A stretch of DNA of 64,000 nucleotides from Polyangiaceae bacterium (GTDB lineage Bacteria; Myxococcota_A; Polyangia; Polyangiales; Polyangiaceae), in NCBI GenBank assembly GCA_044376115.1, contig JBILLK010000029.1, positions 32,001 to 96,000 on the forward strand, given 5' to 3'. A model generated the notes under the pieces. The model did no database searches and was not told the DNA's origin. It saw only the letters and a program-made list of their open reading frames with translations. How positions within the stretch are numbered: position 1 is the first letter of the stretch; every line of letters begins with the position of its first letter. A program made the translations under genes and the position numbers. Positions 38,176-48,220 of this stretch are shown here, piece by piece.

Positions 38176-40817
38176 GGCGAGGTCGCAAGGCCAGCTGGTT
38201 CGTCGTTGCGCTACTCACCAGCTCGTGTGCGGACCTGCAGGACATTCCGCGCGGCGTTTGTGGCAACAACGTAGTGGACGAGGGGGAGGATTGTGACGGG
38301 CCGCTAGCCAGCGGCACTTGTGGCGCACCCGGGGCGGAGCACGAGTGCCGCTTCGTTTGGGTTAACTACGGAGATTGTCCTGCGGCAGACATGGGCTACG
38401 GCGCTGACCAACGCTGCCGGAAACCTTCGGGCGAGTTCGTCTCGGGTGAAGCCTTCGAAATCCCTGGTCGCAACTTGATTACGACCGACTTCGAGAACGA
38501 TGGCAGTCTAGAGGTTGCGTCAATCGTCGGAGAATCGTACAGCCCTGCGCTCGCGCTAACAAACGTGAGTACCGCAGGCTCCTTTAGTCTGGGGGATCCG
38601 ATCGAAAGCGGCGGCCGCGTTGGCATTGGCGATCTCTCGGAGGATCGCCTGCCAGACCTTGCGCTGGCAATTCGCTTTGGCGATTTTCGTCGCGGCTTGA
38701 CCGTTTTGCTCAGTCGCGACGGAGCGCTCGATCTAAAGCTTTTTCCGGAACCGACGCTTGCCCAGGACCTTCGCTTTGTCACGCTCGCTCCTTGGCTTTT
38801 CCCAAACTACACGCTCGGGGAGGACGTCGATCTCGAGGTGCTCGCCCGTGTAACCAAGGAGCAAGGCAAGCTACGAATATGTCCGGTGGACTTCGGCTGT
38901 TTCGCGGAGGACACGCTCAGCTTGAATGAGACGTTCTCGTTCGAGGAGACCGTCTTGGCGCATGACCAACTCAACCAGCTGATTTGGACCCCGAACATGT
39001 CCGCCTTCCTGTACCTCCCGCGCGAATTGGTTGGGGCGATCCCTGCCACGGGGATCAATCTCGAAAACACACCGAAGCTCAAGCTTGCTGGAGGGGCCAC
39101 TCCCTTTACGGGACCTGCGCTCGTCGACCTCGACGGGGACGGGCTGAACGAGGTCGTCGCGTTCGGCGTCGTAAATAGCACCATTGGGCTATACGTCCTG
39201 GGCAGCTCGACCCAAACTGGAGAGACGTTCCCACGATGGGAAGACAATGCGGAGTTGTCGCTGTGGGTCACCGACGGAGACAATCAGGTGCTGACTGGGA
39301 CGATCTCACGCCTCATACCCGCGCAGATCAACTCGGACGGACTTCCCGACTTCGTCATGGACCAGCACCTGCTCATCTCCAAAGGAGAGGCGACGAACGA
39401 TGCGCAACTGCATGACACCTTCCGCGTCGTTAACCTGAACCAGGACTTCATCATGGAGGGCGACCGAGCGCCACTCGCCGTAGGGGATGTCAATGGCGAC
39501 GGGCTTGACGACATCGTGCGATCAAACGGGGACCGTGTCCTGATCAGCTTCGGTGGCGATTTGTTGCCGCTCACCGAGGTCGAGCTTACAGCCGATCGAA
39601 GGATCACCGCGTTGGCGATCAGCGACTTCGACGGAGACGGCGCGGCCGATATCCTCGCCGCTGGAGCGCAGCCGAGCGAGTCCGAGCCGCCCACAGATAA
39701 GTGTGTACCGGATGAGCTACTGATCGCTTACGGCTCCAACCTTGGCCTGCCCGACGTGCCTACGAGCATCGGCGTGATCCAACCTGTTACCCAGCTCGTC
39801 GGTGGGCGCTTTTGGGCTGGGGAGGACGGCTTTGGGGACTTTGCGGTCGCGAGCCGATGCGAAGCGTCGCAAAAGGTGGAGAACGTCGTGCTCTCGGGCA
39901 ACGCCTATCGGGTCGAGGGTAAGCCCACACCACTGGGCCTGCTGATCGACGGCAAAAACACACCACTCGAGCCAATCCATGCGTTCGTTGGAGATGTGTT
40001 TGCGGGTACGGAAGAGCACAACGATCTTGTTGTGATTGGTGAGCTGGATGGGCTGGGACGAGCCGCCGTGGTGTACCCAAGCACCGGCGAGGCAGACATC
40101 TCCTTCTCGGATGCGAGCTACTTCCTGCTTCCGTCGAGCAACGAGAACGAGATGTTCGTCTTGGGTGAGGACTTTGCTGTCCAGGCCTTGCCCGGATTGG
40201 TAGTGGTGGGGAGGGCTCTGGCACAGACCCTAGATTTCACTAGCGCAGAAGTTAGCGGGACGCTGGTCGCATACGATCTCGCAACCGGCAGCGACCTCTC
40301 GGCGCAGATTGAGCTTCCAGTGCTGGAAATTGCGAAAGACGAAGCCGTTCAGAGTGCGTTCTCGCGGCTTGTTGGTTTTGACTACGAGGCTGGGACGCCA
40401 CAACGGTACGTGTTCGTCTATGGCGCCGAGGTTGTGAAGCAGTCGACGCCTGAGGATGGGGAGACCCAGGCGGGTGCGCCGGTAGGATTCGGTAGTATTA
40501 GCCGCTCCAAAACGGTGATTCTCAGAAGAGTCGGAAGCAGCCTAGTGTTCGAGGATTCCGACCAAGTAAACGTGGTGGACAGGACGGACGTGGTGGACCT
40601 GGTGGTCACCGATACCTTCAACACTGGAACAGCCACGACGTACTTGATTAGTAGCTCCGGGCAAATCCAACAACCTGATGAGTCGAGCGGTTTTGAGAGC
40701 TATTATCCAACCACCCAGGCCACCTCCGGAGACTTCAACGCGGACGGCCTGGTCGACCTGCTGGTTTCCGACGGAACGCTCGGAGCGGTCCTGTACCAGC
40801 TCCCGGTAAACCCCTAG
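38157..40817 (+). CDS. FG-GAP/VCBS repeat lipoprotein with N-terminal Cys module
   Basis: TSSC lipobox, CGNNVVDEGEDCD, DLDGDGLNE, GDVNGDGLDD, DFDGDGAAD, GDFNADGLVD. Confidence 0.85.
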   Translation: MVTHVLRRGRKASWFVVALLTSSCADLQDIPRGVCGNNVVDEGEDCDGPLASGTCGAPGAEHECRFVWVNYGDCPAADMGYGADQRCRKPSGEFVSGEAFEIPGRNLITTDFENDGSLEVASIVGESYSPALALTNVSTAGSFSLGDPIESGGRVGIGDLSEDRLPDLALAIRFGDFRRGLTVLLSRDGALDLKLFPEPTLAQDLRFVTLAPWLFPNYTLGEDVDLEVLARVTKEQGKLRICPVDFGCFAEDTLSLNETFSFEETVLAHDQLNQLIWTPNMSAFLYLPRELVGAIPATGINLENTPKLKLAGGATPFTGPALVDLDGDGLNEVVAFGVVNSTIGLYVLGSSTQTGETFPRWEDNAELSLWVTDGDNQVLTGTISRLIPAQINSDGLPDFVMDQHLLISKGEATNDAQLHDTFRVVNLNQDFIMEGDRAPLAVGDVNGDGLDDIVRSNGDRVLISFGGDLLPLTEVELTADRRITALAISDFDGDGAADILAAGAQPSESEPPTDKCVPDELLIAYGSNLGLPDVPTSIGVIQPVTQLVGGRFWAGEDGFGDFAVASRCEASQKVENVVLSGNAYRVEGKPTPLGLLIDGKNTPLEPIHAFVGDVFAGTEEHNDLVVIGELDGLGRAAVVYPSTGEADISFSDASYFLLPSSNENEMFVLGEDFAVQALPGLVVVGRALAQTLDFTSAEVSGTLVAYDLATGSDLSAQIELPVLEIAKDEAVQSAFSRLVGFDYEAGTPQRYVFVYGAEVVKQSTPEDGETQAGAPVGFGSISRSKTVILRRVGSSLVFEDSDQVNVVDRTDVVDLVVTDTFNTGTATTYLISSSGQIQQPDESSGFESYYPTTQATSGDFNADGLVDLLVSDGTLGAVLYQLPVNP

Positions 40818-40875
40818 CCACCAGCTGCCGCTCGCCCCCTTGTAGCGCGAGCCGCTCTGCTAGGCTGGCGCCCGC

Positions 40876-42429
40876 GTGACGCTCGCTCAATTCCCTACGC
40901 TGCAGGCCGGCTCGATCGTAGCCGGCCGCTATCGCGTGGAGGGCCCGCTCGGCTCGGGTGGCTTCGGGACGGTAGTGCGTGCAACGCAGTTTCCGCTCGG
41001 TCGCGAGGTAGCGATCAAGGTGATGGTGTCACCGCTCGGGGATGGCGCGCGTTTCGTCCAAGAAGCGCAGACAGCCCAAAAGCTCGAACACCCGAACACC
41101 ATCCGCATCCTCGACTTCGGCCAACTCGAGAGCGGGCTGCCGTTCATCGTGTTCGAGCTGTTGCGCGGCGAAAGCCTGGCACAGCTGATCGCTCGCACCG
41201 GCGGGCTACCGCTGTGGGCGGCGCTTCGCATCACCATGCAGGTGCTCAAGAGCCTGATGGAGGCGCACGCGCACGGCATCATCCATCGCGACATCAAGCC
41301 CGCCAATCTGTTCGTCACTGCTCACTCGGGTGAACCAGTGTTCGTGAAGGTGCTCGATTTTGGCGTGGCCAAGCAGCTCGGTGGCCCCCATCTCGAGCAG
41401 CGCGCCAACTACTCGGCGCCTTCTGCACCTGGCCTTACGCAAGCCGACCAGATCATCGGGACGCCGCTCTACATGTCTCCCGAACAAGCACGCGGCGCCG
41501 AGGTTGGACCAGGTTCGGACCTGTACGCGTTGGGCTTGGTGCTGGTCGAGATGATGACCGGTCGGCCCGTCTTGGATGCGAGCCTCGGCTCGATGGCGAT
41601 CGCGCTCGTGCACGACAGCCCGGAGCCGCTGCCGCTGCCGCAAGCGATCTTTGGCTCACCGATCGAGCGCTTGGTTAGGCGCGCCACGGCCAAGGACCTG
41701 CGCGAGCGTTATCGCTCGGCGCAAGAGATGTTGGCCGAGGTGGAGCTGCTGCTCGCGGGGACGACGCCAGCGGTCACGGTACGCTCGGCGTTCGGCGACC
41801 AAGCGGCAGGCGCAGGTGCGGCCATAGGCTTCGCTCCCACAGCCGCAGGGATGCAAACGCCGGGACGAAGCGAGCCGTTCGCGCGGACAGCGCCCCGGCC
41901 TGGCCCCGCTCGAGGGCTTTGGGTTGCGCTCGCCGGCGGAGTTGTAGCGTTGGGGCTTTTTGCATTGGGGCTCGCGCTTTGGCCGTCCGCAACGCCCTCG
42001 TCGAAACGAGCCACCATCCGTGATACGGAGGATGAATCTGACCCCTACGAGGCCGAGACGGTTGAAGAGCTGGACCTCGCGGAGCGTGAGATTGTGCCGC
42101 GTACCCTGGAACAAACGCTCGCTAAGCTCGAGGACGCGAACTACACCACCAAGCGCCTCAAACCGATGAGCGTGCCCGGACAGGAGATGGAGACACTCAA
42201 CGTGACGAGGCCCCCTTGCGGCGGCACCGTCTTGATTGCACAGTTCCCCAATAACCCCCACGGCTCCGCGGCCTTCCGATCCGCGATGGAACCGTTCGGT
42301 AGCACCGTCGCGACAGGCGATACGGTGCTTTACGTGGCCCTCGACTCGATAAAGAGAACCGCCGAGAGTCGCAAGAACTGCAGCATGCCGGTGTTAGCGC
42401 TGCTAACTCGCCCGAAGCAGAAACGCTAG
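40876..42429 (+). CDS. Membrane Ser/Thr protein kinase
   Basis: LGSGGFG, VAIK, HRDIKPAN, DFG, GTPLYMSPE, TM helix. Confidence 0.95.
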   Translation: MTLAQFPTLQAGSIVAGRYRVEGPLGSGGFGTVVRATQFPLGREVAIKVMVSPLGDGARFVQEAQTAQKLEHPNTIRILDFGQLESGLPFIVFELLRGESLAQLIARTGGLPLWAALRITMQVLKSLMEAHAHGIIHRDIKPANLFVTAHSGEPVFVKVLDFGVAKQLGGPHLEQRANYSAPSAPGLTQADQIIGTPLYMSPEQARGAEVGPGSDLYALGLVLVEMMTGRPVLDASLGSMAIALVHDSPEPLPLPQAIFGSPIERLVRRATAKDLRERYRSAQEMLAEVELLLAGTTPAVTVRSAFGDQAAGAGAAIGFAPTAAGMQTPGRSEPFARTAPRPGPARGLWVALAGGVVALGLFALGLALWPSATPSSKRATIRDTEDESDPYEAETVEELDLAEREIVPRTLEQTLAKLEDANYTTKRLKPMSVPGQEMETLNVTRPPCGGTVLIAQFPNNPHGSAAFRSAMEPFGSTVATGDTVLYVALDSIKRTAESRKNCSMPVLALLTRPKQKR

Positions 42430-42434
42430 CAGCC

Positions 42435-43430
42435 GTGACCAGCGTCATCGCCACCCTGCTGGCCAGCCTGGGGCTTTTGTTACTCGCCGTGTTTCGGCGC
42501 CGGCTCCTCGGCTACGCGCGTGAATCGCGGCTTGCGCTACGGCTGATGCTGTGGGCGTTTCTTGGCGGCACTGTGTTGGTCTGCACCCTCATTCTTTGGC
42601 TGGGCATACCACGCACACTTTGCCACTTGGTGCCGCAGCCTGAGGCCGCGGCCTTCGACCTAGCCGAGGGCGTTCACTACAAGCGCCTGGTGAGCCAAGA
42701 GCCTGCTCGCACCGTACACGTTGTTTCGTTGGATCTTGGCCGGCCGGGGCTTCGCTTCATCGTGCGCGAGGCCGACGCGCAGGGCTCGTTGAGCGCGCAG
42801 ACTACCAGCCAATTTCTCGAGCAAACCGGGGCGGATCTCGCGATCAACGGCGCCTTCTTCGAGCCGTGGAGCAACCGCGTTTTCACCTGGTTTCCGCACG
42901 AGGGCGACCTCGCCAAGCCCCTCGGCTACTACCGTCCGCGCGCGTTGGCTGCACAAGACGCAACGCCCCCGAGCGCCGGGACGCTGTACCTCAGCGCAGA
43001 CGGGGCCGCAGCGAGCGCGCGCATCGGTGGCGAGCCACCCAACGAGAGCATGCTCGCGATCACCGGCGAGCGCATCTTGCGCGCAGGCAAGTTCGACGGC
43101 TTCTGCGAATCGCCCTTCGAGTTTGGCAGCAAACAAGCCTTCACCCCTCACCCGCGCACCGTCGTCGGACTGAGCGCCGATCGTCAGACGCTTTGGTTCG
43201 TCGTAGCCGATGGTCGGCAGCAGCGGCGCAGTGAAGGGGCAAGGCTGCCAGAGCTCTGCGAGCTACTGCTCGCAGAGGGCGCCGCCGACGCGATCAACCT
43301 CGACGGCGGCGGCTCGAGCACGCTGGTGCAGCGCGGGAAGGACGGCCCCGAGGTGATGAACCATCCGGTTCATCGGCGCTGGCCTGGCCGAGAACGGCCA
43401 ATTCCATCGCATATCGGTGTTGTGTTTTGA
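42435..43430 (+). CDS. Phosphodiester glycosidase (NAGPA) family protein
   Basis: AINGAFF, HPRTVVG, DGRQ, AINLDGGGSS. Confidence 0.9.
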   Translation: MTSVIATLLASLGLLLLAVFRRRLLGYARESRLALRLMLWAFLGGTVLVCTLILWLGIPRTLCHLVPQPEAAAFDLAEGVHYKRLVSQEPARTVHVVSLDLGRPGLRFIVREADAQGSLSAQTTSQFLEQTGADLAINGAFFEPWSNRVFTWFPHEGDLAKPLGYYRPRALAAQDATPPSAGTLYLSADGAAASARIGGEPPNESMLAITGERILRAGKFDGFCESPFEFGSKQAFTPHPRTVVGLSADRQTLWFVVADGRQQRRSEGARLPELCELLLAEGAADAINLDGGGSSTLVQRGKDGPEVMNHPVHRRWPGRERPIPSHIGVVF

Positions 43431-43557
43431 GCCGCGAGAGCGGCCGCTCGAAGTGCAAACCAATCGGCGCTTCACGTTCAAGCCTTGCACAAGCGGAGAT
43501 GCTGCGTGTCGAACCGCCGCTCCTCGAGCTGGCCCTAGTCTTGCTCTGACGCCCATC

Positions 43558-44886
43558 GTGCTTTCCTCCTGCCACGCAAAGCTCCTCGCCATCATCTGCA
43601 TGACGGCCTGTCAACCGCTGGTAGCGGTGCTGGAGTCAGAAGAAGACGAGACGGTTGGGATCGATCCCGGGTCCACCGGCGCCGGCGCTGCCGAGCCAGT
43701 GGCACCAACGGCGCGCCCAATCGCAATCGAAATCGCCAGTTGCGCGCGCTGCGACCGTTCGAGCGTGCACGTGATCCATAGTGATGCCGCTGGCGAGCGG
43801 CTCGGGCACTGGCTCGCGACCGAACCAATCATTGAGGTGCAGGCCAGCGATGGGGACGCGGTGACGGTGGCTTGGCGAGGAAGCTCAGGCGATCCGATCT
43901 TCACGACCTCGAGGGTACGCCCTCAGGTTGAGCGGCTGGCTTTCGAGATATGGAGCACCTGGAGCGAGCCCAGCTGCGCCGAGTGGTGCTGTCTCGAGGG
44001 TGGGCTGGGTGCGCCGATGGCGCTGACCGTCAAGGCTTCGGGAGAGAGCGTGCTCGTGGAGCACACCGCGAAAAAGGTGGGCGGAGATTCCGGATGGTTG
44101 GGCGAGGACGGTGAAGCCAACTTCGAGTTGGCTGCTTGCTTGAATCAGCCGAGCATCCTGCTCAAGGTCGGGCGCCAGGTTGGGATCAACGGGGATCCCG
44201 AGGCCTTTGAGTTGCGTCAGATCCCCTACGAACCCGGGACCTCTCGCACCGAGGTCTTCGCCCTGGAGGACAATCCCCGCCTCTCGATGCAGTTTGACTT
44301 GGTGAGTCCAGTCGGATCAACGGAGGTCCGGCTACGTCACGATTGGCACGCCAACGTCGGTTCGAGCTGGCACTTCAGTGAAGTTCGCGAGGCCGGTAGC
44401 GACGTGGTTTGGGAAGGCACCCCCGCCGCGTCACTCGGCCCCGCGAGCGTCAGCGCAGAAGTGAGCTTCCTCGATCTGCTTCCGCGTGGCTTTTGTGGCT
44501 CGCTCGCCGCTGTCCAGTATGGGGCCTCGGGCTCGCTCGCTCTCGATCTAAACGAGCTTGCGGTGCTCGTCCCCACCATGAACGGTGGCTGGGAGTCGAC
44601 TACGGCTTCCGGCGGCCCCGGTACGGTGGTTGAGATCGATTGGCTCGATCAATCGAACACCGTTTGGTCGACGCGCGATGACCCATCGCAAGCCTCTGAA
44701 CCAGCCGCATTTCCGGATCTCGCAGGACTCGAGCTTCCTTTTGCTGTACCCGACCTGGCTGGCTTGGAGCTATCGCTCTCCCACGAATACTGGCCCGACC
44801 AACCGAGCTACGCGGAGCACGTGGCCGCGCTGCGCCCCACGAGTGGCGCTTTTGCGCGAAGCTACGCATTCTCATGCACCGAATGA
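43558..44886 (+). CDS. Hypothetical lipoprotein (start uncertain)
   Basis: Long ORF; hydrophobic stretch ending MTAC; acidic beta-rich body. Confidence 0.65.
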   Translation: MLSSCHAKLLAIICMTACQPLVAVLESEEDETVGIDPGSTGAGAAEPVAPTARPIAIEIASCARCDRSSVHVIHSDAAGERLGHWLATEPIIEVQASDGDAVTVAWRGSSGDPIFTTSRVRPQVERLAFEIWSTWSEPSCAEWCCLEGGLGAPMALTVKASGESVLVEHTAKKVGGDSGWLGEDGEANFELAACLNQPSILLKVGRQVGINGDPEAFELRQIPYEPGTSRTEVFALEDNPRLSMQFDLVSPVGSTEVRLRHDWHANVGSSWHFSEVREAGSDVVWEGTPAASLGPASVSAEVSFLDLLPRGFCGSLAAVQYGASGSLALDLNELAVLVPTMNGGWESTTASGGPGTVVEIDWLDQSNTVWSTRDDPSQASEPAAFPDLAGLELPFAVPDLAGLELSLSHEYWPDQPSYAEHVAALRPTSGAFARSYAFSCTE

Positions 44887-44977
44887 GTTGTAGCGCGCTG
44901 AGCTGCTAGCCTGCGCGCGCCGAACAGCTGCGGCTAGCGCACTTGTAGGCGTCGGGGGTCGCTGTTACGAGGAAGCC

Positions 44978-46564
44978 ATGCAGCTGAAGACTCTGTTGGT
45001 CGTCGCTTGCTTGGCGGGTTGTGCACGAGCGGAAACCCGTTTGGCGAGCGAAGCACGGCCTGACGTCAGCGAGAGTGCGGCGCTCACGCCGCCTGCGGCT
45101 GCGGAGGCGCGCACGCTGAAGCGGGCGTCGCAGCGGCTTGTTTGCGACGGCCTCACGGAGCCGCTTGAGCTCGATGCTTACGTCACGCGCGGGACGCCTG
45201 CGCTCGAGTCGTACGCGAAGGAGGTGGAGCTGCTGCTCGACCTCTACCAATCGGGCGCTTGCCAGTCTGGCGCTGTGAAGTCGAAGGTACGGACGCGTCT
45301 GATCGAGGTGAACACTGACCAACTCCGCGCCAAGGCCGACGCGGAGGGGATCGGCACCGAAACGTTCGAGGAGGGCGACCGGACCAAGGCGACGGTGGTA
45401 CGCGGTCACTGGGGCTTCGTGCTCAAGTACCGTTCGGAGCGAGCCGCCATGACCATGCATCCTGGTAACTACCGCGGCCTCGAGTTGTGGTTGAGCTCGA
45501 AGATGCGCGAGCTTCGCAACCTTGCGGAAAAGCAGGAGGTCACGATCGGCGTAGTGACGGGTAAACAAGAGCTCCAGCTCTCGGAGACCCGCAGCTTCGG
45601 TCCGGCCTCAATGCGTGTCTCGCTCGAGGGGATGGTGACCTCGAGCTTCCCGTTCTACCGGCTTCAGCCGGTCGATTTGCAGGGTGGGAGCGCGGCGGTG
45701 CCAGCAAACCTTCGAGGGCTCATCGTCACGCAGCCAGGCGAGCCCTACACCGACGCTGAGCTACGCCGCATCGACGAGTTTGTCGTCTCCGGCGGAAAGG
45801 CCTTGGCACTCTATGTGAGCGCCGCAAGCCCAAAGCAAGGGCGCGCGGCGATGGACGCTACGTTGGACACGATGGGAGTGGAGCGGCTCCTGGCCGGGTA
45901 CGGCATCAAGCTGAGCAATGACCTTGTGCTCGATTTCGGTCGGGCCGCATCAGTCGCTGACTTGAGCAGCGGCACGCGAACGCCCTATCCCGCAGCGGCG
46001 GTGCTTGGCGGCTCGAGCCTAACTTCCGACGGGTCGCAGCTAGACGCATCGTTTCCTCCCTTCTACCGACTGCCGCGGTTGTCCTTTCCGTTCCCCTCGA
46101 GTTTGGTCCTCGAGCCGAGTCGGCAACCCAACGCCACGCTGCGCGCTGTCGCTCGTACGTCGAACGAGTCGATTGCCATCTCGCCGAGCACGATCAACCT
46201 GACCCCGCCCATGGTGTGGCCGGCGGAGGGTGCTCGCGCGTCGCACGTCATCTCGGCATCGGTCGAGGGCTTGCTTCGCAGCGCCTTCGCAACGGACGGC
46301 GCTGTTCCAACGTCGAAGCAGCCGAGCCGAGTGCTCGTGGTTGCCTCCTCTCAGTTCCTCGCCAACCCGTTTGCACGCGCAAGCCACGCGATCCTCCCCC
46401 CTCAGCTCGAGATGATGGTACCGAACGAAGGACCGCTAGCGGCTACTGTGCGCACGTACGCATCAGACCATGGCCAGGGGATTGTGCTCTCTTTCAAGAA
46501 CACGCTGGACTGGTTGCATCTGGAAGACGATTGGGCCGAGCTCTCCGCGACGGTCGCCGAATAG
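44978..46564 (+). CDS. GldG-like / ABC-transporter auxiliary domain lipoprotein
   Basis: LAGC lipobox; LIVTQPGEPYTDAELRRIDEFVVSGGK; FKNTLDWL. Confidence 0.75.
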   Translation: MQLKTLLVVACLAGCARAETRLASEARPDVSESAALTPPAAAEARTLKRASQRLVCDGLTEPLELDAYVTRGTPALESYAKEVELLLDLYQSGACQSGAVKSKVRTRLIEVNTDQLRAKADAEGIGTETFEEGDRTKATVVRGHWGFVLKYRSERAAMTMHPGNYRGLELWLSSKMRELRNLAEKQEVTIGVVTGKQELQLSETRSFGPASMRVSLEGMVTSSFPFYRLQPVDLQGGSAAVPANLRGLIVTQPGEPYTDAELRRIDEFVVSGGKALALYVSAASPKQGRAAMDATLDTMGVERLLAGYGIKLSNDLVLDFGRAASVADLSSGTRTPYPAAAVLGGSSLTSDGSQLDASFPPFYRLPRLSFPFPSSLVLEPSRQPNATLRAVARTSNESIAISPSTINLTPPMVWPAEGARASHVISASVEGLLRSAFATDGAVPTSKQPSRVLVVASSQFLANPFARASHAILPPQLEMMVPNEGPLAATVRTYASDHGQGIVLSFKNTLDWLHLEDDWAELSATVAE

Positions 46565-46676
46565 AGCGGCGCGGGGGCACGGCTAGGATCGCGATTGCTC
46601 GCCAATCGCCAAAGCAACGTCGGCTCGAGCTCTCTCGCTTTCGATCGCAACGAGTTGCAGTTCCGGATCTCGTCCG

Positions 46677-47198
46677 TTACGGCGAGGTCTGAACCTCGAT
46701 GATGTCGAAGCCGGCTCCGCCCGGCCCGCCAGCTCGCACTGCGCAGGTACTTTCAATCACGGAGCAACTATCCGTATTCCAATATTGCTTATTCGACATT
46801 GAATTGAAGGTACAGGTGTAGTCACAGGAGGCATCGCAACAAACCCACTGGCGGTCTGAGTTATAGCCGCAAGCCGTATCGGTGCTGTTGGTCTTGCTTG
46901 CACCAATGAACGGACAGGATTCACCCTGGTTCTCGCCGGCTTGCCGTGAATCATTGTTGAGTGACAGAACCACGGTCCCCGTCTGCACACTATAGAGCCC
47001 TTTGGGCACGACGAACTTGGTCGACTTGGGAACGCTAAACTTCAATTCGTCTTCCGAGGTAGCAACCTCTTCCAGCTCGTCCTCGAGGCTCTCTTCATCG
47101 GACTGTTCGACGACACAGCCTACGCCTGTCATGGCGAAAGGCAGCGTGCCGAAAGCGATTAGCGAGAGGACGGTGCGAAACTTGGACGATTGGCTCAT
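46677..47198 (-). CDS. Secreted Cys-rich protein
   Basis: AAGGAG RBS, signal ending GVGC, acidic linker EEVATSEDEL, AT-rich Cys-rich C-terminus. Confidence 0.8.
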   Translation of the reverse strand: MSQSSKFRTVLSLIAFGTLPFAMTGVGCVVEQSDEESLEDELEEVATSEDELKFSVPKSTKFVVPKGLYSVQTGTVVLSLNNDSRQAGENQGESCPFIGASKTNSTDTACGYNSDRQWVCCDASCDYTCTFNSMSNKQYWNTDSCSVIESTCAVRAGGPGGAGFDIIEVQTSP

Positions 47199-47242
47199 GA
47201 CAGGCTCCTTGTGGAACGCGACGTTGCGTTTGAACCCTACTA

Positions 47243-47258
47243 AGCAATGGCGGTGCCA
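47243..47258 (-). promoter_or_regulatory. Sigma54 promoter (leftward)
   Basis: TGGCACC-GCCA-TTGCT. Confidence 0.75.
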
Positions 47259-47321
47259 GCGCTCGGATCGTCGCCATTGTGCGCAATTCCATCGTTCGTC
47301 GTGCTTTTGCGCTCTCAACGT

Positions 47322-47373
47322 GTGTCTAGCTTCTTGGACACCGTCCAAGCTTGGCGTCCAAACCACCAGACAC
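47322..47373. promoter_or_regulatory. Paired palindromic enhancer (bEBP) sites
   Basis: GTGTCTAG-cttc-TTGGACAC (47322-47341) and GCGTCCAA-acca-CCAGACAC (47354-47373), 32 bp apart. Confidence 0.65.
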
Positions 47374-47422
47374 ATAGGCCGTTTACCCGCTTCTTAATGC
47401 ACTATTTTCGACTCATTGCTCA

Positions 47423-47438
47423 TGGCACGAAGCCTGCT
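47423..47438 (+). promoter_or_regulatory. Sigma54 promoter (rightward)
   Basis: TGGCACG-AAGC-CTGCT. Confidence 0.7.
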
Positions 47439-47520
47439 GAGTCGGGTAACAACTTGGGCAACGACCGCATGCAACAACCGCATGCGGCCCCCCAGTCCCA
47501 CCTTCAGCTCAGGAGCTACT

Positions 47521-48180
47521 ATGCATATCCGATCGCTACTGGTTCAGGCACTCGCCGTTAGCCTTGTCTCCTCTACCTTCGCCGCCTGCGATCAAGCGGA
47601 AGAGACTGACGAACTGGACGAACTCGACATCGCCAGCGATGAGATCGTGGCCAGCCACGGCAGATACCTGATTGCCAATGGTTATACCGGTAAAGCAAAC
47701 TTCTACATCGAGGCGGAGTTCGGCAGCCAAAGCGCCCCCGTCGCTGAAATCCTCGAGTGTGAACTCACGATCGGAGCGCTGGCCGTCACCGCCAAGTGCC
47801 CCGGCGTGGCCAACCCGCCGGTGACGTTGCTGGCCGACGACGAACCGTCGGTCCGAGCAATCCGGGTAGGCTTTACCCCCATTCGTCACGCGTTGACCAA
47901 CCAGGGCTACTCGATACTCTCGTTGGCGAGCCGGTCGGAACCCATTCCGATGGCCGAGGCCGTGTGGGAAAACGGACACTGGGAATGCAAAGCAAGCGAG
48001 GCCGACGTAGAGGACTGCAAGCAGACGTGCGTCGCCAACGGGGGCGGGGGCACGGTCACGGTCGACGAGGAGATCCCAAGTAACTATCTGGACCGCGAGC
48101 CGACATGCATGGTGACTTGCAAGTGTGCGGATGGAAGCAAAACGATCCACCCAGATCCGCCTCAGGTCATTGCATTCTGA
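47521..48180 (+). CDS. Secreted Cys-containing protein
   Basis: AGGAG RBS, FAAC lipobox, acidic linker DIASDEI, C-terminal Cys module. Confidence 0.8.
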   Translation: MHIRSLLVQALAVSLVSSTFAACDQAEETDELDELDIASDEIVASHGRYLIANGYTGKANFYIEAEFGSQSAPVAEILECELTIGALAVTAKCPGVANPPVTLLADDEPSVRAIRVGFTPIRHALTNQGYSILSLASRSEPIPMAEAVWENGHWECKASEADVEDCKQTCVANGGGGTVTVDEEIPSNYLDREPTCMVTCKCADGSKTIHPDPPQVIAF

Positions 48181-48220
48181 AGCTAGCTACCGAGCTCCCG
48201 CCATGAGTTATGCTTCGTGG

